From assembly GCF_004010195.1 (NCBI RefSeq), contig NC_057719.1:56059297-56123296 (forward strand): a stretch of 64,000 bases of DNA, written 5' to 3'. This DNA comes from Chiloscyllium plagiosum (Eukaryota). The notes under the pieces are model-generated. The model worked only from the letters and a program-made list of their open reading frames with translations, searched no databases and was not told the DNA's origin. The first letter of the stretch is position 1. Every line of letters begins with the position of its first letter. A program made the translations under genes and the position numbers. This document shows positions 38,941 through 49,186 of the stretch, one piece after another.

Positions 38941-39677
38941 AATGGGAATGGGTTATGGGGATAAGGCAGGAACAGAATATTGATTGATGACGATCAGCCA
39001 TGATCATAATGAATGGTGGTGCTGGTTTCAAGGGCAGAATGGCCTACTCCTGCACCTATCGTCTATTGTCTACATTGACTGCCTGCAGGTTGTGCGCCCT
39101 TTGAGCAAAAATAGAATATATCTGCAAATACAATTCTGCAAATACAAATTCGTCCCATAGACTTATATGTGTGTGAGTATGTGCATGTGAGTGTGTTCGT
39201 GAGAGTGTGAGTGCACATGAGAGAATATGTGTTTGCATGTGTGCGTGCTTGGTAGACTGTGTGCATGAGTGTTACGGAGTATAAGCCTGTGAAAGGGTGT
39301 GTGCATAGGTATGAGCGTGTGTGCTTGAGAGAGAGCATGTGTATGAGAGAGGGTCTGTGTGAGTATCTAAGAGTGTGAGCATGAGTGTGAGTGTGTAGTG
39401 CAGTGGGGTCACCTGTAGTGTGACATAAACCCAAGGTCCCGATTGAAGCCATCCTCATGGGTACCGAACTTGGCTATCAGCCTCGGCTCGGCCACTCTGC
39501 AGTGTTGTGTGTGCTGAAGTCCCACCCGAAGATCCAAATGTCCCTGACCGCTGAGTTGTCCTCCGACTGGGAGGTAACACCTCTGTCTGGTGATTGTTGC
39601 ATGGTGTCCATTCATCTGTTGCTGTAGTGTCTGCTTGGTCTCACCAATGTATCATGCCTTGTGGCATCCTTGCCTGT

Positions 39678-40482
39678 ACTCCCTCGTTAGGTCCACGCCA
39701 CCCCCACCAACCCACACACCAGACCCAGCACATTCCCTTGCCACCGCAAGAGGTGTAAAACCTGTGCCCACACCTCCCCCTTCACCTCCATCCAAGGCCC
39801 CAAAGGATCTTTTCACATCCAGCAGAGATTTTCTTGCAAATTAAAATACCTCATCTACTGTGTCCATTGCTCTCAATGTGGTCTCCTCTACATTGGGGAA
39901 ACAGGACACCAATTCGCAGAACGTTTCAGGGAACATCTCAGGGACATATGCACCAAACAACCCCACTGCCCCGTGGCCGAACACTTCAGCACCCCCTCCC
40001 ACTCTGCCAAGGACATGCATGTCCTGGGCCTTCTCCACTACCAAATCCTGGCCACCCAACAACTGGAGGAAGAACATCTCATCCTCTGGCTTGGGACCCT
40101 CCCACATGACATCAGAGTCGATTTCACCAGTTTCCTCATCTCCCCTACCCCACCTTATCCCATATCCAACACAGCACCGGCCTCTTGAACTGTTCTATCT
40201 GTCCACCTTCCTTCCCAACTACCGCTCCACCCTCCCTCCAACTTATCACTATCACCCCTCACCTGCATGTACCTGTCACCTTCCCAGCTACATTTTCCCC
40301 AACCCCACACCAACCTACTATTTATCTCTCAGTCCCCTTACCCACCCCCACATTCCTGATGAAGGGCTTATGCCTGAAATGTCGATTCTCCTGCTCCTTG
40401 GATGCTACCTGACCTGCTGAGATTTTCCAGCGCCACACTTCTCGATTCTTATCTCCAGTATCTGCAGTCCTAACATTCTCCT
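39678..40482 (+). mobile_element. Neptune-type PLE 3' part (Cys linker, GIY-YIG, HHR terminus)
   Basis: TFPCHRKRCKTCAH; YLIYCVHCSQCGLLYIGETGHQFAERFREHL; HHR-like attcCTGATGAagggcttatgcctGAAAtgtc at 40352-40387. Confidence 0.88.
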
Positions 40483-40597
40483 CCACTGTCAGGTAGGAGT
40501 TGGGTCATATATACACGCATGCCCATTATTTTGACTAGTTCTCCATTAACATTTTTCATAAACATGTAGTGTATTCCACAAACCTGTCAACTATCAA

Positions 40598-41010
40598 TCA
40601 TAGAAACATAGAGATATAAAAAATAGGAGCACGACTAGGCTCTTCAAGATTGCTTTGCCATTCAATATGGTCATGACTCATCCAACTCTGTACCCTGTTC
40701 CTCCTTTCTCTCCAAACCCTTTGATTGTTTTAGCCTTAAGAACTTTCTATAGCAGAGAATTCCACAGGTTCACCACTCTCTGGATGAATACGTTTCTCCT
40801 CATTTCAGTCCTAAATGGCCTACCCTGTTCCTTTAGACTGTGTCCTCTCATTTGAGACTTCCCCACCATCAGAAACATCCTATCTGTGTTTAGCCTGTTA
40901 GAATATTATAGGTTTCTAGGAGACTCCCCCCACCATTCTTCTACATGTTAGTGTGTATAGTCCGAACCATTATTCTCTCTTCATATATCAGTTTTGCCAT
41001 CCTAGAATCA
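40598..41010 (-). mobile_element. CR1 3' fragment
   Basis: catagaaacataga tail, aataggagc, ccacaggttcaccactctctgg. Confidence 0.75.
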
Positions 41011-41067
41011 CTTTAATTGCTAAATTAATAAAATTGCTAATGCTAAATCCTTTCCTGATCAATCAAA

Positions 41068-41272
41068 TTCCTGGCCAATATTTATCCCTCACTCAAACAT
41101 CACTAAAGCAAATTATGTCATCACATTGTTGTTTGTGGAATTTGTTGTGTGCAAATAGGTCGCTATGTTTCCAGTAATAGGAGAGCAACTGCACTTCACA
41201 AGTGCTGCATCAGTTGTAAGGCAGTTTGGGATGACAAAGCCGAGAAAAGTGCTATATAAATGCAAGTCCTTT
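41068..41272 (+). mobile_element. Deu-domain SINE, 3' half
   Basis: ctggccaatatttatccctcac...cacattgttgtttgtgg...gctatataaatgcaagtc. Confidence 0.75.
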
Positions 41273-41859
41273 GTCAGGGTAACAATTAATAAAACAATCC
41301 CTTTCAACAACATATTATAGATTACACTTCATGTTGCTCTTTGGCTATGACCATTTCTTCACTACCCTGCACCTCCGCGCTCTCATTTCTTTTTAAACAC
41401 CCCTTCAGTCAAACCTAGCCACTATCCCACTAATTAGTTAAGTCAAACAACATTGCATTGAACAGTGTGAATGGCCAGTGGTGCACTTAGGTTGTGGCAT
41501 TTGTAGATGCATTTACTGACCTTGACCACTCGAACTTCTTCTAACAATGTACCTGAGAAATAGAGGCCAGTGTCCTGTGGAAAGTTCTCTCACTTCCTTT
41601 ATAGTGTCCATCCAGAGATTCTCCCAGTGCCCTTCAAACAAAATTACCTTTCTCCTTTCAGTCTCAATTGTGAAGTCCTCTGGCACCTGGGTATCCTCTC
41701 TGAGGCCTGTTAAATCTTAACTCAGGTTTATTCCTTGTCCTAATATGACTCCAGCCAGTAAAATGAGCAGCTGCATCCAGAATTCACCTCTTTACCAAGT
41801 GGAGGTGGGCTTGATTTGGTGCAAGCTTCAAGTCTCTTTCTCACTGCCACACTGATCTG

Positions 41860-42010
41860 TAGCTCCCCCTTTCCCTGCCTCCAGTCCTGAAGAAGGATTA
41901 TACTTGAAATGTTGACTTCTCCACCTCCTCATGCTGCCTGGCTTGCATTGCTCTTCCAGCCTCCTGTCTGACTACTTTGGATTCAGCATCTGTAGAATTT
42001 TTGTCTCTCA
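41860..42010 (+). mobile_element. PLE terminal fragment with HHR-like motif (41883-41917)
   Basis: AGTC-CTGAAGA-a-ggattatactt-GAAA-tg-tt-GACT, with stem I perfect and stem II decayed. Confidence 0.65.
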
Positions 42011-42049
42011 CAAGAACTTGGGGCCAGCCACTCAGCTGAGATTGGCAGT

Positions 42050-42352
42050 AATTAGATTAGATTCCCTACAGTATGAAAACAGGCCCCTTGGCCTAACCGA
42101 CCCTCCAAAGAGCAACCCACCCAGACCCACTCCCCCACCTTATAATAACCTCTGACTAATGCACCTAACACTACAGGCAATTTAGCATGGCCAATTCACC
42201 TAACCAGCACATTTTTGGATTGTAGGAGGAAACCGGAGCACCCGGAGGAAACCCACGCAGACACAGGGAGAATGTGCTAACTCCACACAAACAGTTGCCC
42301 AAGGCAGGAATCGAACCCGGGTCCCTGGCACTGTGAGGCACCGTGCCGCCCA
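42050..42352 (-). mobile_element. HE1-type V-SINE
   Basis: Homologous to 38641-38940. Confidence 0.88.
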
Positions 42353-43304
42353 CTAATATTGTAGAAATGAGCTGGCAGCATGAAGTTTGCATTCTGCCTG
42401 TAATAATCTCAACAAGCAGATGTTAATCATGCATCACAATTCCCAAGCCCATTATCGAATCTTTAGCCCATGTACCTTGTATCACTAAAGCTCTCAAATT
42501 AGAATGTAACGTGATTATGCCCTGACTTTCAGATATATTAATAGTTCTCTTTCAGTCTGCAGAACCAGTAGCATTGCACAGTGAGACAAAAGATAAATTG
42601 ACCATGACATTCTGAAGCCTTTAGGCTCACAAGCAATAATAACAAAGACTGATTTTGTCTCCAACAACAAATCTGCCGGCTATTACATGATGATCTGCGC
42701 AGGGGAAGTCAGAATGCAGCAACAGTTCAAATAATGTTATGAGCTTTGAAGCTGGAAAGTGCTGTGAAAGACTTGAATACAGAAATTGCATTGAACCTCT
42801 TCCTCGTGATAAAATCATTTTGTTATTAAAGCCTAGAGGTTACTGTCAAGATGCACATGGCTGAACCCTGAGTGCATTTGCATAGCATTGTTTTGAATTA
42901 ATTTTTTTGTCACTTGAATCTTACAATGTACAACACAATAAAATACAGTAAAAAGCTTCAACTGTCAACACAATCTAGCACCATTTTGAACAGTTTAAGA
43001 ATAAAAAAAGTATAAAGATAAAGCTGAAAGAGAGACTATCTTCATTTCCCTGCCTCCACCATGAGGCCTGAGTCAATTCACCAGTGACACATCATCTGTG
43101 CCACACCCCTCCTCCACCATGAGCCTGCACTGGATCCATCAATGTAAGGATTGCAACGCTTCAGGTGCCATCTCTGTGCCACTGGGCCCATCTTGCCATC
43201 ACCACTGAGTTCCATGCTGAAGCTATACTCACCCTTCAACCAAGCAAGATGGGCCCAGTGGCAAAGAGATGGTGCCTAAAGCGTTGCAACTCCTACATTG
43301 TTGG

Positions 43305-45785
43305 GTCCAACTCCACTGCCACCAACACCACATCAGTAACCAGGCGTCCCCACTCTGGGCCCACCACAACCAGGAGTCTCCGCTCTGGGCCCACCACAAC
43401 CACGAGTCTCTACTCCAGGCCTACCACGACCAGGAGTCCCTGCTCCTGGCCTACCATAACCGGCAGTGCCTAGCTCCACTGCCATCAACACCACATCAGT
43501 AACCAGGAATCCCCACTCTGGGAATACCACAAGCAGGAGATCTCAGTTCCACTGCCACTCAAACCACATCTGTAACCATGAGTCCCTGCTCTGGGCCTAC
43601 CAAACCAGGAGTCTCTGCTCTGGGCTTACCATAACCAGGAGTCCCCAGCTCCACTGCCACCGACACCACATCAGAAACCAGGAATCCCCATTCTGAAAGT
43701 TAGGACTGCAGATGCTGGAGATCAGAGTTGAGAGTGTGGTGCTGGAAAAAGACAGCAGGTCAGGCAGCATCTGAGGAGCAAGAGAATCGATGTTTTGGGC
43801 AAAAGCGCTTCATCAGGAATGAGGCTATGAGCCAAGGGAGCAGAGAGCTAAATGAGAGGGTAATGGGGCTGGGGGGAAGGTAGCTGAGAGTGCAATAGGT
43901 GGATGGAGGTGGGGATGAAGGTGATAGGTCAGAGAGGAGGGTGGAGCAGATAGATGGGGAGGAAGATTGACAGATGGGACAAGTCATGAAGACGGTGCTG
44001 AGCTGGAAGGTTGGAACTGGGATTAGGTGAGGGGAGGGGAAATGAGGAAACTGGTGAAATCCACATTGATCGGGTTGGAGGGTTGCGAGACAGAAGATGA
44101 GTCTTTCTTCCTCCAGGCATCGGGTGGTAAGGGAGTGGTGATGGAGGAGGCCTTGGATCTGCATGTCCTCAGCAGAGTGGGAGAGTGAGTTGAAGTGTTT
44201 GGCCACAGGGCGGTGGGGTTAGTTGGTGCGGGTGTCCTGGAGATGTTCTCTGAACACTCTGCGAGTAGGTGTCCTGCCTCCCCAGTGTTGAGGAGACGCA
44301 TCGGGAGCAACCGATATAGTAAATGACATGTGTGAAAGTGCAGGTAAAACTCTGATGGGATGCGGGTGCTTGGACAGAAGTGAGGGGGGAAGTATGAGCA
44401 CAGGTTTTGCAATTCCTGCGGTTGCAGGGAAGGTGCCGGGTGGAGGATGATACGATGTATACGGTGGTTGGTGGGATGGAAGGTGAGGACTGGGGGGTTC
44501 TGTCCTTGTTGCAGTTGCAGGGGTGGGGTTTGAGGGAAGAGGTGCAGAAAGTGGATGAGATGCGCTGGAGGGAATCATCAACCATATGGGAGGGGAAATT
44601 GCGGTCTTTAAAGAAGGACGCCATCTGGTGTGTTCTGTGGTTGAAGTGGTCCTCCTGGGAGCAGATGTGGAAGTGGCAGAGGAATTGGGAATAAGGGATA
44701 GCATTTTTACAGAAGGCAGGGTAGGAGGAGGTGTAGTCCAGGTGGCTGTGGGAGTCAGTCAGTTTGTAGAAGCTGTCAGTGTTGAGTCAGTCACCATTGA
44801 TGGAGACGGAGAGGTCCAGGAAGGGGAGGGAGGTGTCTGGGATGGTCCAGGTGAACTTAAGGTCAGGGTGGAATGTGTTGGTGTACTTGATCAACTGTTC
44901 AACCTCCTCGTCTGAACATGAAGTGGCGTCGATACAGTCATCAATGTAGCGGAGGAAGAGGTGGGGAATAGTGCCAGTGTAGCTGCGGAAGTTGGACTGT
45001 TCTATGTACCCCACAAAGAGACAGGCATAGCTGGGGCACATGCGGGTGCCCATGGCTACCCCTTTTATCTGGAGGAGGTGGAAGGATTTCAAGGAAATAT
45101 TACTGTGGGTGAGGACCAGTTCAGCCAAACAAATGAGAGTGTCAGTAGAGAGATACTGGTGGGGATGTTGGGAGAGGATGAAACAGAGGGCTTGGAGGCC
45201 CTCGTCATGGCGGATGGAGGTGTATAAGGTCTGGATGTCCATGGTGAAGATGAGGCATTGGGGGCCAGAAAAACGAAAGTCTTGGAGGAGGTGGAGGAGG
45301 TGGGAGGTGTCCGGACCGAATGTGAGGAGTTCCCGTACCGGGGAAAGGGCAATATCAAGGTATGTGGAGATGAGTTTGTTGGGGCAGAAGTAGGCTGAGA
45401 TGATGGGTCAGCCGGGGTGGTCACGCTTGTGGATCTTGGGTAGGAGGTAGAACTGGGTGGTAGGAGGTGGAACTGGGTAGAACTATGAGATTGGAAGCTG
45501 TGCCGTGTCTACCATAACCAAGAGTTCCCACTCTGGGCCGACCACAACCAAGAGTCCCCAGCTCCACTGCCACCGACACTACATCAGTAACCAGGTGTCT
45601 CCGCTCCAGGCCTACCCTAACCAGAAGTCCAATGCTCCACTGTCACCAACACCACATCAGTAACCAGGAGACCCCACTTCGAGCCTACTGCAACCAGGAG
45701 TCCACACTACATGCTTACCATAACCAGGAGCCCCCATTCCGGCCCTACCGCAAGCAGGAGCACCCAGCTCCACTGACAGGCCAGT
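43305..45785. repeat. Two-unit minisatellite (~30-bp accaggagtccccactctgggcctaccaca and ~44-bp accaggagtccccagctccactgccaccaacaccacatcagta), split by the PLE
   Basis: Units visible at 43305-43694 and 45505-45785. Confidence 0.85.
43695..45502 (-). mobile_element. Neptune-type PLE, 5'-truncated (RT, linker, GIY-YIG, HHR terminus)
   Basis: MDIQTLYTSI, KGVAMGTRMCPSYACLF, FLRYIDD, LPFLDL, PCNRRNCKTCAH; degenerate HHR at 43785-43820. Confidence 0.93.
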
Positions 45786-46911
45786 CCACCACCACACCAA
45801 GAGCCCACTCCGGCCAACCTCCTCAGAGATGTCACCTTGCTGACAGCATTATCATGAAGAGTCTGCTGCCATCACTGCCACCTCGATCGCTGGAGGAGCT
45901 TCATTGCTGCTGTCATGGCCACCAGCCCTGAATGCCAGGAGGATATCTTTGTTGCCACCATCGCCGCCTCCAATCACCATTTTGCGTGGTTGCCGCCACT
46001 TTGTGCACAGCCCGTACTCTCTGTCCTGCTGATGCCGCCAACTAACCTGCCAAGGAAAAGAGAAACAGAAGAAAAAAGAACTAAAGAAAAAGAGCAGAAG
46101 TAAAAAGAAAAAAAAAGAAAGAAAGCAGATAGGAATGGATGAGCCTCAGCCAAGAGCCCACATGCAGACCTGCTTACCCACTGCTTTCTCTCTGCATTTT
46201 GTCCTTTATTTTAATGTACAGGAAAAATAAGAAAAATGGCTTAAAACTCTTTACTGAAATAGAGAGTTTTATGTTTTGCCCCTTTGCATTTATAAATTTT
46301 AAGTATTTTATTAGTCAATGACGCAGGTCCATATTTCATATTTCACATTCAGGTACATGCCCAAATTACCTGATACCGAGCATGCCTTAGGATTACCCGG
46401 TACTGTAACAAATGGGTGCCCTGTCATCCCACTGGAACTGCAATTGAAACTTGATTAGATAAGGACAGATGGCAATCTCTAAGGTACATTATTTCACAGA
46501 GAGCAAGCAAGCATGCACCACTCAAAATTTCACTTATGTAACTCAGTATCTGGATCATGTGGTTGATGATGAACTTGGCTCAAAGAGAGAAAAAGAGTTT
46601 TGGACCGTTTGTTCCAGAAGGCATCACTTCTTCTAATTACTCAGATTGGGTCTTGGTCAAGCACAGGAGAGTCTAACTCTGAGTGAGGCCGTTATGGGGA
46701 TCCAGAAGGTTGCAATAGCGAAGCCTCCAAAAGGATTGTAATTCTCTCGTAATTCTCCAAGGATTCTCTACGTTCTTGCAACAGGTGTGGACAGGAGCAG
46801 GGCCCTCAGGGAACATGAGCCAGCTGATCATAACACTATGATACGAGGGTCCTTTCAAGTTGTGGGTGTGAAATAGAATGTAATAGTTATACACGACTTT
46901 ATAGTTGGTGA

Positions 46912-47112
46912 CAGAACATAGAACATAGAACAGTACAGCACAGTACAGGCCCTTCAGCCCTCTGGTCTTTTATCCTATTCTAAGATCAGACTAACCTCCC
47001 TACCCTTCATTGTACTATCTTCACGTACCTTTCCAAAAGCCACTTAAACGTCCCTAATGTATCTGACACTACTACCATTACCAGCAGTGTATTCCACGTA
47101 CCCACCAGTCTC
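46912..47112 (-). mobile_element. CR1 3' terminal fragment
   Basis: (agaacat)n tail, cagtacagcacagtacaggccctt. Confidence 0.8.
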
Positions 47113-47182
47113 CACTACTTCAGCACATTCAAATGGAGGAATCCGGTATCTCAAATAGCAACTTGCCAATTTCCATTCAGAT

Positions 47183-47296
47183 TGTTGGGGATGTAAAAAG
47201 TGAACCAGGGTGTGGCAGAGGTAACGATTCCTTTGGAATGTTGAAAGGGGTGTGCAGGAGATAGTGGCATAATAATATTGTCGCTGGACTAGTTAT
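47183..47296 (+). repeat. 114-bp exact direct copy of 48131-48244
   Basis: Base-by-base identity read from the sequence. Confidence 0.93.
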
Positions 47297-47354
47297 GCAG
47301 ATATCATATACAGACTGTTGCTATTCAATTCTTTCGTACATAACTGAGAGCACG

Positions 47355-48205
47355 GTTTCAAGAACAGAAAATGCTTGCAATACTTAGTGCATCAAACAGC
47401 ATCTATGGAGGGAAACAGTTACTGTTTCAGATCATGATGCTTCATCAAAACAGACAAAAGACAGAAATGTAATAGATTTTGTACAAATGGAAGGGGAAGA
47501 GAGGGAAAGCAGGGAAGGTCTGTGATGGGATGGAGGGAAAGAGAGATTAGATGACAAAAAGGTTTCACTGCACACAAACCAGGAGTGGGACAGATAAAGA
47601 AATAAAGGATGTGTCCAGATTATGTGTGAATGGTTAGATGGCAGTGATCCAAATGCAAAGTGAAGAAACAAAGAAAGAAACAAAACCTGCAAATAAAAAA
47701 ATGGAAGCTGTGGTAATGATCTAAAATTGTTGATCTTTGTGCTCAGTCCTGAAGGATGTGGAGTGAAAAGTTGAAAGATGAGGTGCTGCTCCTTGATATT
47801 GTAGCAAACTTCCCTGAAACACTGAACAGTCAGAGTGGCAGCAAGGTGAAGAATTGAAATGACAAGTGACAGGAAGCGAAAGATCATGCTTGTGAACTGA
47901 AAAGAAGAATTCTGGAAAGCAACTTATCCATCCTCATTTGGTCTACCCAGTGAAGAGAATACCACAAAGTGTGTATGTAGGGTATTCTAAATTGAAAGAA
48001 GTGCAAGTAAATCACTGTTTCACTTGCCAGGACTGCTTGGGGCCTTAAATGGTGAGAAGAGAGAAGGTAGAAGAACAAGTGATATTTCTCATATGTTTGC
48101 AATGAATAGATGTTGTACACAAGGAAGAGATGTTGGGGATGTAAAAAGTGAACCAGGGTGTGGCAGAGGTAACGATTCCTTTGGAATGTTGAAAGGGGTG
48201 TGCAG
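47355..48205 (-). mobile_element. Old PLE 3' remnant
   Basis: KEQHLIFQL..PHPSGLSTKINNF GIY-YIG C-terminal motif; terminal fragment with decayed HHR at ~47415-47450. Confidence 0.7.
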
Positions 48206-48490
48206 GAGATAGTGGCATAATAATATTGTCGCTGGACTAGTTATCCAGAGTCCCAGGGAACATGGCTTCAAAACCCATCAAGGTAGATGTTAAAAACTGA
48301 ATCAATTAAATGTAAAAGTAAAAGCTAGCTGAATTGTGATCATTGCCAATTGTCATACACTGTGCGCTCCCTGCCCCCACATTCACTAATGTCCTTCAGG
48401 GAAGGAAATCTATTATCCTTTCCTGGTTTAGCCTACATGTGACTCCACACCCATAACAATGTAATGGACTATTAACTGCCATCTCAAAGT
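48205..48490 (+). mobile_element. tRNA-derived SINE (same family as 5655-6010); tail piece at ~48720-48785
   Basis: ttcactaatgtccttcagggaaggaaatct...tacatgtgactcc. Confidence 0.7.
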
Positions 48491-48985
48491 CTACATCACT
48501 AATCTATACTGGAAATAGCTGAGATCCCGGCATGGAAACTGTCAGCACTTAGCTACAGCCTGTCAACTTGAAAATGCCCCTTTTTATTCCTACTGTTTCC
48601 CAACCATTAACCAACTACACATGGTAATACATCACCACAACTCTTGATTTCTGGAAAAACTCTTAGAATGTTTTTACATTGCTGGCTGGTTTATTCTAGT
48701 AAGTCATTCATTTCCAGTGGCAGTAAGGATGAGCAATAAAGGCTGGCCCAGCCTGTGACACTCCCATCCCATGAATTATTTTTTGTTAAAAAAGGAGTGA
48801 ACACTGACAGCCTCACTATCATTTTAACATTGGAAGTCAGCCATTTCAATTGGTCAAAAATTGACTAACTGTAAAATTAATTCTGGTTTAGTCCTACAGC
48901 ACGGAATCACGTATTTAAAGCATTGTCCTTACTGCTCTTTGCTTTATATTACTAGCCATCTGTGATTTTGTTTTCCTCTGTTCTA

Positions 48986-49186
48986 CATGATTTAGAGATG
49001 CCAGTGTTGGACTCGGGTGCACAAAGTTAAAATCACTCAACACCAGGGTATAGTCCAACAGGTTTAATTGGAAGCACTAGCTTTTGGACCACTGCCCCTT
49101 CATCAGGTGGAAGGAGCAGTGCTCCGAAAGCTAGTGCTTCCAATTAAACCTGTTGGACTATACCCTGGTGTTGTGTGATTTTTAAT
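48986..49186 (-). mobile_element. Second copy of the HHR fold-back mini-element (family of 38186)
   Basis: Arms 49027-49101 / 49110-49185, tail 48986-49026, TSD tctgttct(a/c)cat at 48977-48988 and 49187-49198. Confidence 0.88.

Larger units (their letters stand above)
38036..39073 (+). mobile_element. CR1 3' fragment inserted in the PLE, 11-bp TSD
   Basis: VQRRFTR, LRGDLIETYKI, FTQRVVGVWNALP; TSD attgactgcct at 38025-38035 and 39074-39084. Confidence 0.92.
37630..39677 (-). mobile_element. Penelope-like element 3' part (GIY-YIG C-terminus, CA-rich 3'UTR, HHR), interrupted by a CR1
   Basis: YIGETKQTLQQQMNGH...RLIAKFGTHEDGFNRDLGFMSHY; HHR-like motif at 37684-37718; terminal sequence shared with the 38186 and 48986 hairpins. 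Confidence 0.85.
42900..46190 (-). mobile_element. Probable non-autonomous Rex1/Babar-related element with internal minisatellite, hosting a PLE
   Basis: Left end ttttgtcacttg...aatacagtaaaaagctt resembles the antisense Rex tail at 59280-59320; A-rich right end; internal tandem array. Confidence 0.4.

Noticed and set aside
39063..39458. His/Thr-rich ORFs
   Set aside because: They are translations of the degenerate CA/TG microsatellite in the PLE 3'UTR.
43165..43696. Thr/Ser/Pro-rich mucin-like ORFs
   Set aside because: They are translations of the 30-bp minisatellite, frames break between units, and a PLE interrupts the array.
43305..45785. CRISPR-like repeat array
   Set aside because: There are no unique spacers or cas genes, the context is vertebrate, and it is a tandem repeat.
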